Shown: positions 27,874 through 37,329 of the stretch, in pieces
Position numbering within the stretch: position 1 is the first letter of the stretch
How the letters are laid out: every line of letters begins with the position of its first letter
Position numbers and translations under genes: made by a program
Notes under the pieces: model-generated
Database searches by the model: none
Told to the model about the DNA's origin: nothing
The model's input: only the letters and a program-made list of their open reading frames with translations
Assembly: GCA_964354025.1 (NCBI GenBank)
Contig: CAYGXQ010000003.1
Location: 16,888-80,887 of the forward strand
Reading direction: 5' to 3'
Source: an uncultured Gammaproteobacteria bacterium
GTDB lineage: Bacteria; Patescibacteriota; Microgenomatia; 2-02-FULL-39-11
DNA: 64,000 nucleotides

Positions 27874-29391
27874 ATGATTCTAATTGTTGATTTCGGTTCC
27901 CAAACTTGCCATTTGATCGGCCGCCGTCTTCGGGAACTGGGTGTCGAGTTTGAGATTGTTTCCCCCGAAGATATTCTTTTTAACATCGAAGACTACAAAC
28001 CCAAAGGCTTGATCCTGTCAGGCGGGCCGTCTTCGGTTTACGCCAAGGGAGCTTTACTGATTGATAAAAAAATCTTCGATAAAAATCTTGCGGTTTTGGG
28101 CATCTGTTACGGCCTTCAGGTGATGACACATCTTTTAGGCGGCCAGGTTCATCCGGGCAAAAAAAAGGAATACGGATCAACGGAATTCCATGTTACTAAG
28201 CCAAATATATTATTCACCGGATTGCCGGCTACTTTTCCGGTTTGGATGAGTCATTTTGACGAAGCGGTCAAACCGCCGGTTGGGGCCATCGTTACCGGTT
28301 CGACACGTTCCGTCAAGGTAGCCGCTTTTGCCGACGAAAAGAAAAAATTATACGGGATTCAGTTCCATCCGGAAGTCTATCATACGCCATTGGGGATGGA
28401 TATTCTGGCCAATTTTGTGTTTAAAGTATGCGGAGAGAAACCGGTAAAAAAAGTGACGGATGCGGAAATCATGATTGCCAATATCAAAAAGATCATCGGC
28501 TCTGAAAAAGCGGTTTGCGCCCTTTCCGGCGGGATTGACTCAAGCGTGGCGGCGGTTTTGACCCACCGGGCCATCGGGGATAACCTGACCTGTTTTTATG
28601 TTGACACCGGACTGATGCGCCAGGGAGAAACTGAAGCGGTTGTCAAAACTTACCAGAATTATTTTCAGCTGAATCTGAAAGTTTTGCATGCCGAAGATAT
28701 TTTTCTGAAAAATTTAAAAGGGATTGTCGATCCGGAGAAAAAAAGGAAAGTTATAGGGGAGACTTTTATCCGGCTTTTTGAAAAAGAAGCAAAAAAAATT
28801 AAAACCCGGTTTTTAGTCCAGGGAACGATTTATCCCGATGTCATTGAAAGCCAGGGCAGTAAACATTCCGCGAGAATTAAGACCCATCACAACGTCGGCG
28901 GTTTGCCGGAAAAGCACGGTTTTAAAATCGTGGAACCGCTCTGGATGCTTTACAAAGACGAAGTCCGGGAAATTGCCAGAAAATTGAATTTCCCCCCGGA
29001 GGTCGTCAACCGCCATGTTTTTCCCGGTCCGGGTTTGGCCGTGCGGACTATCGGCGAAGTCACCAAGGAAAAACTGGATATTTTGCGAAGAGCGGACGCG
29101 ATTGTCATTGACGAAATCAGAAAAGCCGGACTATATGATCAAATTTGGATGGCTTTTGCCATCTTCACCGGAGTTAAGTCAACCGGCGTCACAGGCGACG
29201 AGCGGAAATACGGGGAGACGATTGCTCTGCGGGTAATCGAATCCAAAGATACGATGACCGCCGATTGGGTGAGACTGCCTTACGATCTTTTGGAAAAGAT
29301 AGCCAACCGGATCGTCAGTGAAGTCTTTGAAGTTGTCCGGGTCGTCTACGACATCACCACCAAACCGCCGGCCACGATGGAGTGGGAGTAA
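27874..29391 (+). CDS. guaA: GMP synthase (glutamine-hydrolysing)
   Basis: DFGSQ, GICYG, QFHPE, SGGIDS, QGTIYPD and KPPATMEWE. Confidence 0.97.
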   Translation: MILIVDFGSQTCHLIGRRLRELGVEFEIVSPEDILFNIEDYKPKGLILSGGPSSVYAKGALLIDKKIFDKNLAVLGICYGLQVMTHLLGGQVHPGKKKEYGSTEFHVTKPNILFTGLPATFPVWMSHFDEAVKPPVGAIVTGSTRSVKVAAFADEKKKLYGIQFHPEVYHTPLGMDILANFVFKVCGEKPVKKVTDAEIMIANIKKIIGSEKAVCALSGGIDSSVAAVLTHRAIGDNLTCFYVDTGLMRQGETEAVVKTYQNYFQLNLKVLHAEDIFLKNLKGIVDPEKKRKVIGETFIRLFEKEAKKIKTRFLVQGTIYPDVIESQGSKHSARIKTHHNVGGLPEKHGFKIVEPLWMLYKDEVREIARKLNFPPEVVNRHVFPGPGLAVRTIGEVTKEKLDILRRADAIVIDEIRKAGLYDQIWMAFAIFTGVKSTGVTGDERKYGETIALRVIESKDTMTADWVRLPYDLLEKIANRIVSEVFEVVRVVYDITTKPPATMEWE

Positions 29392-29434
29392 ACCCCTTTG
29401 CAAAATAAAAATTATTTGTTATATTAAAAACAAT

Positions 29435-29917
29435 ATGGATGAAGAAGAAAAAGAAAAAAAGGAAGAAAAGGCGGAACATAAACCGGAAAATAATAGCAAA
29501 TATCTGCTGATTGCCGGAGCAGTTGTCCTGGTGATTGCCCTTTGGATGGGTTTTAAGATGATTACCGGCATGGGCGTCCAATACCTGGCGACTGTGGTTG
29601 ACGGGCCGAAAGAAGTGGCCGCCGGCAGTATCACCACTTTTACTTGGCGGGTGGACGGAAGGCCGACCACCATCAATATGACGACTGTTTATATGGGAAC
29701 AACCTCCACTCCCGGTACTTTAGAGACGACAGTCAAACCGGAAGAGACGACCTATACGCAGTTCGTTGGGGATTTTGCCAGCGGCAAATACGCCGTTCCT
29801 CTGCAGTTTGTCGGCAACATCAAGATGGATACTCCCGGCACTTATTATTACCGCGTTTATGCTCCGGTCGGTGAGAAAAACTACTGGTCAGACGAATATT
29901 CTTTTGAAGTGAAGTGA
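29435..29917 (+). CDS. Single-TM protein with Ig-like extracellular domain
   Basis: TM followed by a beta-rich domain (GTYYYRVYA). Confidence 0.7.
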   Translation: MDEEEKEKKEEKAEHKPENNSKYLLIAGAVVLVIALWMGFKMITGMGVQYLATVVDGPKEVAAGSITTFTWRVDGRPTTINMTTVYMGTTSTPGTLETTVKPEETTYTQFVGDFASGKYAVPLQFVGNIKMDTPGTYYYRVYAPVGEKNYWSDEYSFEVK

Positions 29918-29931
29918 AGCAAAAAGCTTCA

Positions 29932-30354
29932 TTATGGTTTCGGAGTTGGCGAAACACTGACGACACCCCATTCCTTGCAGATTTGCCATTGAAGAGATTT
30001 GACTTGGGACTGCGTCAGGTCTGAGATTTCTTTTTCCACGGTTTTGATAACTTCACTTTTGACTTCTGTCACTTTCTCAGAAACTGTTTCTTTAGTATTT
30101 TGGATCGTGTTTTGGACAGTATTTTTGACCGTGTTTTTGACGGTATTTTCGACGAAATCTTCCAGGAAAGAAGTCGGTGTAGACGGTTGACTTTCCTGTT
30201 CTCCCAAAACGCTTTTTTCCGAATCGCTTTTGACCAGATTTTTGGGAAAGCCTTTTAAAAGTCCGGTGGTAAAAACAAAACCCAGCACCATGAGAGAAAT
30301 GATAGTCAATCCCAAAAGAATTTTCGGCGCTTTGTCTTTTATTTTGTCATTCAT
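29932..30354 (-). CDS. Hypothetical single-TM protein
   Basis: TM, VLGE, and NTVK tetrapeptide repeats. Confidence 0.7.
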   Translation of the reverse strand: MNDKIKDKAPKILLGLTIISLMVLGFVFTTGLLKGFPKNLVKSDSEKSVLGEQESQPSTPTSFLEDFVENTVKNTVKNTVQNTIQNTKETVSEKVTEVKSEVIKTVEKEISDLTQSQVKSLQWQICKEWGVVSVSPTPKP

Positions 30355-30364
30355 GACAACTTAA

Positions 30365-31108
30365 TCATAACACATGGCGCTTAAGGTATTGGAGAGCCTG
30401 ATTGATAACCGGACGGTTTCTATATTTCTTGACGAGAACCAGTAATTCTTTTTCATTTTTATGTTTCAATTTATTAACTTCGGCAATAAGGAGCGGAAGG
30501 CAACGGATGATGTTGTCCACGATAGTGACGGTGGCCTTTTGCGCAGTGCGGGAAAGAGGATTGAGATCGACCGTGATGACTTTTTTGCCCAACTTGATAA
30601 GCTGTTCCGTCCGGTCGCCATCCTCAAGCGGGACAAAAATGACATCAGCTGTTTTTTGGCCGGCCTGACTGATGTATTTTCGGTTGCTGGTTACATTCGG
30701 AATGACAGTTTTTTCTGCGACAAGGACTTCCCCGGCACCGTATTTTTTGAGATGGGTAACAATGGTTCTTTCCCGTTTTCGGGAAGGGTGGAAAAGATTA
30801 ACTTCTAATTTGGCGTTTGTGATTTTTGCCAGTTTGATCAATTCTTTGGGGACTAAAGCGGCGGTATTGCCATTGACGGAAATGACCGGCTCTCGGCAAA
30901 GGAGGAACATAGTCGCGGCCGCCTCAATCGCTTTTTGGGCGAAGGCATGAGTTTTTTCACCGAGGAGATAATCAAAAGCCTCGCCCCGGCCATGAGCTGT
31001 CAATCCTTGTAGCGAAGTAATGCCGTTTTTCACTCCTTTTACCAAAAGGTCACGGTAATGGAGGGAATGATAGCGGGGATGGGACTTGGAAAGAATATAT
31101 TTTGTCAT
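30365..31108 (-). CDS. Archaeal-type phosphopantothenate synthetase (4-phosphopantoate-beta-alanine ligase)
   Basis: SHPRYHSL, AHGRGEAFDYLLGE, SVNGN, VPLEDGDR and DLNPLSRT. Confidence 0.92.
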   Translation of the reverse strand: MTKYILSKSHPRYHSLHYRDLLVKGVKNGITSLQGLTAHGRGEAFDYLLGEKTHAFAQKAIEAAATMFLLCREPVISVNGNTAALVPKELIKLAKITNAKLEVNLFHPSRKRERTIVTHLKKYGAGEVLVAEKTVIPNVTSNRKYISQAGQKTADVIFVPLEDGDRTEQLIKLGKKVITVDLNPLSRTAQKATVTIVDNIIRCLPLLIAEVNKLKHKNEKELLVLVKKYRNRPVINQALQYLKRHVL

Positions 31109-31127
31109 AATATTATGATTTAAATTA

Positions 31128-32054
31128 TCATTGCGAGTACTTCGATATCATTGCGAGCGGAGCGAAGCAATCCCGTCCGAGATTGCCACGGCTCGTTGAC
31201 CGGCGAGCCTCGCAATGACAGATACTCATGTTGGTCCTATCAGTAATTATTAACGTCTCCTGTCTGTATCGGTTATCGTTTTCAACCGGTCTATCACTGA
31301 TAACCACTTGTCCGAGCATGGAGATGGTCGCGTGGCCGCCGGCTTTTTTTATCCTGGCAATCAGTGAAGCTGCGGTTTTATTTTCCAACAATCCGCTTTT
31401 TTTAGCAAAGTCCAAAGAAAGATCTAAAACTTCGGCCAGAGTTAAATTATCACTGTGTTTGGTCTTTTCCAATGCCTCCTGGGCGGCTTGATTGATGAAA
31501 GACAGCCGTTTGGCATTCTTCAATATTTTTGGGGTGGCAAGACCTTTGACGACAGTCGCGTATAATTTTTTTCCAACAAAAGGGAAACGAACCGCGACTG
31601 TTGGCAAACCGGGTTTGCTTTTCAAAAGAAAACCGCCGGTGACGGCGGTGGCGACGCTGCCGAGTCCGGTTTTATTAGTAATTTCCGCGATGTGGGCAAT
31701 TTCTGCTAATTCTTCTTTTGTTTTATTCAGTTTTAACAGTTTGTTGATGGCGCAGGCGGTTGAGAGAGTTGAAGCGGCACTGATACCAAAGCCAAAACCG
31801 AGCGGCAAGTCTGATTTTATTTTTATTAATAACGGTTTATCAGTTAAAGCTTTTACTATTGATAAAACAGTCGGGAAGGAGATAGGTTGTCCATTAACAA
31901 AGATCTGCGTCCGCTTGTTTTGACTGACTATAGCAGTAACTTTTTTATCGATGGCACAACCGATGCCGATTGAGCCGGCTTTAACAGGATCTTTATGGGG
32001 GCAAGCTTTAAAGATAAAGCTGAGAGTAGCCGGATAAGAAGCAGATGCTTTCAT
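31128..32054 (-). CDS. Archaeal-type pantoate kinase (GHMP family)
   Basis: GSIGIG, LPLGFGFGISAA and AHIAE...TGLG; adjacent to the synthetase; C-terminus runs through a palindromic repeat. Confidence 0.85.
   Translation of the reverse strand: MKASASYPATLSFIFKACPHKDPVKAGSIGIGCAIDKKVTAIVSQNKRTQIFVNGQPISFPTVLSIVKALTDKPLLIKIKSDLPLGFGFGISAASTLSTACAINKLLKLNKTKEELAEIAHIAEITNKTGLGSVATAVTGGFLLKSKPGLPTVAVRFPFVGKKLYATVVKGLATPKILKNAKRLSFINQAAQEALEKTKHSDNLTLAEVLDLSLDFAKKSGLLENKTAASLIARIKKAGGHATISMLGQVVISDRPVENDNRYRQETLIITDRTNMSICHCEARRSTSRGNLGRDCFAPLAMISKYSQ
31148..31219. repeat. TCATTGCGAG...CTCGCAATGAC palindromic element, copy 1 (inside CDS)
   Basis: Near-identical to 32092-32159 and 36456-36531. Confidence 0.88.
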
Positions 32055-32059
32055 AATAA

Positions 32060-32179
32060 CTGGAGTTACGCAATAAATAATAGTTTAGATTGTCATTGCG
32101 AGCAAAGCGAAGCAATCCCGTCCGAGATTGCCACGGCTACTTCGTAGCCTCGCAATGACATTAAATTACGTAAGTCCTG
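32060..32179. mobile_element. MITE-like element: imperfect 11-bp TIRs enclosing palindromic element copy 2
   Basis: CTGGAGTTACG ... CGTAAGTCCTG flanking GTCATTGCGAG...CTCGCAATGAC. Confidence 0.65.
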
Positions 32180-32235
32180 TACTAAGTAAGTCGCTATTAT
32201 AGTTTTTCTCCTTCTTATAGTAAAATCGGGGGGAG

Positions 32236-33504
32236 ATGAAGATGAAGAAATATTTCCCTTTATTTTTTCTGGTAGCCCTATTCTTATTCGTCAGGTTATA
32301 TCATTTTACGGATAACCTGAACTTCGGTACCGATCAGGGAATGGGGATGCTTGATATATATAATCTTTACCAGCAGAAAAAAATCACCCTTATTTCCCAG
32401 ACCTCGTCCTTGACAGTTCACGGCCGGTATTTTTATTTCGGGCCGGCACTTTATTATATCTTCATGCCGTTTCTGATCCTGTTTAAATGGGATCCGGTTT
32501 CTGTTTCAATGATGATGGTATTTTTCAATCTGTTGCCCTTTGTATTGTTATATCAGGCAATCAGGAAAAAATTCTGCAGTGTTCTTCCGGCTATTATATT
32601 TTCAGTTATCTTCGCGGTGACGCCGGTAATTATAAATTATTCACGCTTTTTCTGGCCACCGAATCTCCTGATTCCCTTATCCGGTCTGGTGCTTTATTTT
32701 CTCTTAAAAATTAACCGGAAGGAAAAAAATTATTTATTAATTCTATTAATTGGATTATTTATCGGCCTCGGTTTCCAAGTTCATTACTCTTTTATCTTGA
32801 CAGGGATAGTTGCTTTTATCTGGTTAACCGTAGAAAAACAAATCAGTTGGTTTAAACTGTTATTATTGACTGTCGGCTTTATTATCGGCATTTCCCCCCT
32901 AATTGTTTTTGAGCTGCGCCATAATTTCTATAACCTGCAAACTCTCTGGTTTTATTTCACTACAGAAAGCAGTCAGCGTAGCGTCCCCGTTTTCCAACCT
33001 CACCTGCATTATTTCCTTAATATTCTTCCCTTCTTCTTCTTTGTTATTTGTTATATGTTATATGTTTTATGTAATAAAAACAGGTATCCGGTTTATCTAT
33101 TATTAATCGCCTATACAGTCTGGTCGACACAGTTTTTTTTACCAAAACCTACCCACGGTTTCATGATGGTTGACGGTTGGAACTTCGCCGGAGAGAAAAA
33201 GGCGGCCGAAATTATTCTTTCCGAAAAACCAGCCAAAAATTATAACGTGGTGGATATTTTAACCGGCGATACCCGCTCAATGGCCATCCGTTATCTTTTG
33301 ACGATCGGCGGCTCTGCGCCGATAGGCGTGACGGAATATCCTTCGGGAAATGTTTTGTTTATCACCTCAAAACTGCCGATCGGGCAGATTCTGGCAGGCA
33401 GTCTTTGGGAAATAGATTGCATTAAGCCGGTAAAAGTAGTTAAAACCTGGGAGATAAAAAACGGGATTTATTTATATCAGGTGGAGAAAGCGAAAAAAAT
33501 ATGA
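32236..33504 (+). CDS. GT-C membrane glycosyltransferase (ArnT/PMT-like)
   Basis: Many TMs; NFGTDQG, GPALYY, SRFFWPPN and PLIVFELRHNF. Confidence 0.75.
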   Translation: MKMKKYFPLFFLVALFLFVRLYHFTDNLNFGTDQGMGMLDIYNLYQQKKITLISQTSSLTVHGRYFYFGPALYYIFMPFLILFKWDPVSVSMMMVFFNLLPFVLLYQAIRKKFCSVLPAIIFSVIFAVTPVIINYSRFFWPPNLLIPLSGLVLYFLLKINRKEKNYLLILLIGLFIGLGFQVHYSFILTGIVAFIWLTVEKQISWFKLLLLTVGFIIGISPLIVFELRHNFYNLQTLWFYFTTESSQRSVPVFQPHLHYFLNILPFFFFVICYMLYVLCNKNRYPVYLLLIAYTVWSTQFFLPKPTHGFMMVDGWNFAGEKKAAEIILSEKPAKNYNVVDILTGDTRSMAIRYLLTIGGSAPIGVTEYPSGNVLFITSKLPIGQILAGSLWEIDCIKPVKVVKTWEIKNGIYLYQVEKAKKI

Positions 33505-35297
33505 CTGATGTTGAACTGGTGAAATCAAAGATAGATATAGTTTCTTTCCTTTCGGATTACATTACACTCAAAAAAGCCGGCCGGAACTTCAAGGCCCTTT
33601 GCCCGTTTCACAGCGAAAAGACGCCTTCTTTCGTCGTTTCGCCCGAACGGCAGTCGTGGCATTGTTTCGGCGGCTGCGGCGAAGGCGGCGACGCCATCTC
33701 TTTTTTGGAAAAATGGGAAAACCTGGAATTTCTGGAGGCACTCCGGATTTTGGCCAAAAAAGTCGGGGTGACCCTGTCCAACTACATACCTTCTTCGCAA
33801 ACGCAACTGAAAGACCGGCTCATTGAAGCCAATCATCTGGCCAGCGAGTTTTACCATTATTTATTGGTCAACCACAAAGTGGGCAAAAGAGCCAGAGAAT
33901 ATCTGGAAAGCCGCCACATCAAAAACGAGACGATTAAAACCTTCATGCTCGGTTACGCGCCGGAAAGTTGGGACAGTCTGCTTAAATACTTATTGAAAAA
34001 AGGCTATCAGACAGGAGAAATTCATCAAGCCGGACTGGCGGTCAAATCAGACCGTGGCCGGTATTACGACCGTTTCCGGGGGAGACTGATGTTTACCCTT
34101 TGTGACCATCGTGGCAACGTCATCGGTTTCTCCGGCAGACTTTTAAATGAAGAAGTTTACCCCGAGCGTGAGCGAGGAGCAAAATACGTCAATACAGCTG
34201 AAACGCCGGTCTATATCAAAGGCAATACCCTTTACGGTCTTCATATCACCAAGGAAGCAGTCAAAAAAGAAAAGGAAGCGGTTTTAGTTGAGGGCGAATT
34301 TGACATGCTTTCCTCATTCCAAGCCGGCAGAGCCAATGTCTGCGCCATCAAAGGTTCGGCCCTGACTGAAGGGCAGCTTTTGCTTCTTAAGCGCTACACG
34401 GAAAATCTGATTTTGGCTCTCGACAGCGATTTCGCCGGTAGTGAAGCGGCCAAACGCGGGATAGAGGCGGCTGATCTGGCCGGATTTACTTTGAAAGTGG
34501 CGAAACTGCCATACGGGAAGGACCCGGCGGATTGTATCGAAAAAGATCCGCATCTGTGGAAACAAGCCCTGAAAGGTGCCGTCCCCATTTATGACTTTAT
34601 CATCCAAAATGCCCTGGAAAAGTATGACCGCGGTGAAGTTTTCGGCAAGAAAAAAATCGGCAGCGAAGTCATCCCGTTTTTGGCAAAAATCACCAACCCG
34701 ATTATCATTTCCCATTACACCAAGAAGCTGGCCAAAGAACTGGAAGTGACCGAGGAATCAATTGAAACTTCCATCCGGCAGTTTGCCAAAGAGAAAAAAA
34801 TGCCGGCGGTTGCCGTTTCCGCGAAAGTCCAATTGCCCCGCAACATCATGCTGGAAGAATACCTGCTTTCCCTGATTATCCAAAGCAAAGAGCCGCAAAA
34901 GACGTTTGACGAGTCAGCCAAAATTTTATCCACTGATGATTTTGCCAGCCCGGCCGTAGCCGCCATTTTCCACGAGCTTGAAAAATATTTCAAGAAACAT
35001 GAACAGTTTAACATAAAGATTTTCGGTAAAAGCCTACCTCCCGAGCTGGTTTTGACTTTTGATAAAGCCTATTTGGTGGATATAAACCAGGTCCTGTCTG
35101 ACGATAAGCATTTTCAGAAAGAATTGTCATATACCGCCAAAAATATCAAGGTAATTGGCCTTCGAAGGAGAATCAATGACCTTTCGACTAAAATAAAACA
35201 ATTGGGAAAAGAAGAAGAGCAGGAAGAAACGGGGAAATTACAGGAAATTCAAAGGCAATTGATAAAGGAAATAGATGAGCTTGATAAATCAAGCTGA
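33501..35297 (+). CDS. dnaG: DNA primase
   Basis: CPFHSEKTPSF zinc finger, DRFRGRLMF, VEGEFD, LDSD and KDP. Confidence 0.97.
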   Translation: MTDVELVKSKIDIVSFLSDYITLKKAGRNFKALCPFHSEKTPSFVVSPERQSWHCFGGCGEGGDAISFLEKWENLEFLEALRILAKKVGVTLSNYIPSSQTQLKDRLIEANHLASEFYHYLLVNHKVGKRAREYLESRHIKNETIKTFMLGYAPESWDSLLKYLLKKGYQTGEIHQAGLAVKSDRGRYYDRFRGRLMFTLCDHRGNVIGFSGRLLNEEVYPERERGAKYVNTAETPVYIKGNTLYGLHITKEAVKKEKEAVLVEGEFDMLSSFQAGRANVCAIKGSALTEGQLLLLKRYTENLILALDSDFAGSEAAKRGIEAADLAGFTLKVAKLPYGKDPADCIEKDPHLWKQALKGAVPIYDFIIQNALEKYDRGEVFGKKKIGSEVIPFLAKITNPIIISHYTKKLAKELEVTEESIETSIRQFAKEKKMPAVAVSAKVQLPRNIMLEEYLLSLIIQSKEPQKTFDESAKILSTDDFASPAVAAIFHELEKYFKKHEQFNIKIFGKSLPPELVLTFDKAYLVDINQVLSDDKHFQKELSYTAKNIKVIGLRRRINDLSTKIKQLGKEEEQEETGKLQEIQRQLIKEIDELDKSS

Positions 35298-35316
35298 TTT
35301 AAGATAAAATTGTTTT

Positions 35317-36414
35317 ATGACAAAAGCCAAAAGTACTATTTCTGATTCAGTGAAAGCCCTGATCAAAGAAGGCCGGGAAAACGGTTTTATCACCCAGGAT
35401 GAGATTTTGGTCATTTTCCCCAAACCCGAAGACCATCTTATTGAGCTGGATGAGCTTTACGCCCAACTTATCAAGGCCCAGATCGACGTTTTCGAGACTC
35501 TTTCCGATGAAGAAGAAAAAGAAGCCCAAAAAACCGTGACCGAGCTTGAGAAAGAACTGGAATCGTTGACGGTCATGCACGAAGGCGGGATTTCCGACCC
35601 CGTTAGGATGTATCTTAAAGAAATCGGCCGGACGCCGCTTCTGAAGTTTGCCGACGAGATCGATTTGGCCAAGCGTTACGAAAAAGGGGAAAGGGCCGCC
35701 AAACAAAAATTGATTGAATCCAACCTGCGGTTAGTCGTCTCTATCGCCAAGAAATACATCGGCCGCGGCCTTTCTCTTCTTGATCTTATCCAGGAAGGCA
35801 ACCAGGGCTTGATCAGGGCAGTGGAAAAATATGACTGGCGCAAAGGCTATAAGTTTTCCACTTACGCCACCTGGTGGATAAGACAGGCGATCACCAGAGC
35901 CATTGCCGATCAGGCCAGGACAATCCGCATTCCGGTCCATATGGTTGAGACGATTAACCGCTATTTGAAAATCTCAAGAAAGCTGATGCAGGAATTGGGC
36001 CGGGAGCCGATGCCTGAAGAAGTGGCTCAAGCGATGGAGATCGAAGTGGAAAAAGTCCGCGAGATAATGAAAGTCTCCCAGGAGCCGACTTCCCTGGCCA
36101 CCCCGGTTGGCGATGACGAAGACTCGCTTTTGGGTGATTTTATCCAGGATACCACCCAGCCGTCACCTTATGACTCCGCCTCAAGGGAGCTTTTGAAAGA
36201 ACACATTAACGAAGTTCTTCATACGCTTTCAGATCGGGAAAAAAGAGTTCTGATTTTACGTTTCGGTTTGGAAGACGGCCGGCCGCGGACTTTAGAAGAA
36301 GTCGGGGTTGAGTTTGGCGTTACCCGTGAGCGGATCAGACAGATAGAGGCAAAGGCCTTGAGAAAACTTAGACACCCCAGTAGATCTAAGAAATTAAAAG
36401 ACTATCTTGAATAA
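35317..36414 (+). CDS. rpoD: RNA polymerase primary sigma factor
   Basis: [37 protein letters not shown] and TRERIRQIE. Confidence 0.97.
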   Translation: MTKAKSTISDSVKALIKEGRENGFITQDEILVIFPKPEDHLIELDELYAQLIKAQIDVFETLSDEEEKEAQKTVTELEKELESLTVMHEGGISDPVRMYLKEIGRTPLLKFADEIDLAKRYEKGERAAKQKLIESNLRLVVSIAKKYIGRGLSLLDLIQEGNQGLIRAVEKYDWRKGYKFSTYATWWIRQAITRAIADQARTIRIPVHMVETINRYLKISRKLMQELGREPMPEEVAQAMEIEVEKVREIMKVSQEPTSLATPVGDDEDSLLGDFIQDTTQPSPYDSASRELLKEHINEVLHTLSDREKRVLILRFGLEDGRPRTLEEVGVEFGVTRERIRQIEAKALRKLRHPSRSKKLKDYLE

Positions 36415-36423
36415 TACTGATAA

Positions 36424-36531
36424 CAGGAGTTACGTGGTATAACCTCGTTTAGATTGTCATTGCGAGCCGAAGGCGAAGCAATCCCGTTCGAGATTGCCAC
36501 GGCCCCGATTAAATCGGGACCTCGCAATGAC
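36424..36531. repeat. Palindromic element copy 3 with left TIR only
   Basis: CAGGAGTTACG...GTTTAGATTGTCATTGCGAG...CTCGCAATGAC. Confidence 0.85.
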
Positions 36532-36555
36532 ATGGAGTTTTGATAGAGGTTCTAG

Positions 36556-37329
36556 TTAAAGAAAAGGCAAGAAAGCAATGGCCAGAATGATCCGGTAGAC
36601 GGCAAAATAGACAAAATTGTGGCCTTGGATGTATTTTAATAAGAACTTAACCGCCGCCAGGGCCGAGAAAAAAGCGCCGAGGAAGCCCACTCCCAACAAT
36701 AAATATTCATTTCCCTGAAATTGAAAACTGCTTTTAACCAAATCAAGACCGGTGGCCGCCAGCATGGTCGGGATGGCCAGAAGGAAAGAAAATTCCACCG
36801 CCGTTTTCCGCTCCAGCCCGACAGACATGCCGCCGAAAATGGTGGCGGCTGAGCGGGAGACGCCGGGGATCATGGAAATAGATTGGATGAGTCCGATCAA
36901 TCCGGCTTTTGGGTAATTCAGCTGGTCAATTTTGGTGACTTTATCTTTTTGCTGTTGGAAGATTTTTTCCAAAATTAACATCAAGATACCGCCTAAGAAA
37001 AGGGAGATGACCACGACGGTCAGATTTCCCAGCAGATATTTTTTGACGATTTTATAAAGCAAAAAACCAAAGATGCCGGTGGGAATGAAAGCGACCAGAA
37101 TTTTTTTCCAAAGATGGAAGTTTTTTTTGAGAGTGGGGAAATAAAGAAAGACAACTGCCAGGATGGCGCCAAACTGGATAATAATCTCAAAACTTTTGAC
37201 AAACTCCGTCTGTGGGATGTTGAGAAGTTTGCCGGCCAAAATCATGTGTCCGGTTGATGAAATCGGCAGAAATTCAGTAATGCCTTCAACTAGAGATAAA
37301 ATGAGCGCTTGAAAGATATTCATTGTCAA
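36556..37329 (-). CDS. uppP: Undecaprenyl-diphosphate phosphatase
   Basis: EGITEFLPISSTGH, PGVSRS and FSFLLAIP. Confidence 0.96.
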   Translation of the reverse strand: MTMNIFQALILSLVEGITEFLPISSTGHMILAGKLLNIPQTEFVKSFEIIIQFGAILAVVFLYFPTLKKNFHLWKKILVAFIPTGIFGFLLYKIVKKYLLGNLTVVVISLFLGGILMLILEKIFQQQKDKVTKIDQLNYPKAGLIGLIQSISMIPGVSRSAATIFGGMSVGLERKTAVEFSFLLAIPTMLAATGLDLVKSSFQFQGNEYLLLGVGFLGAFFSALAAVKFLLKYIQGHNFVYFAVYRIILAIAFLPFL

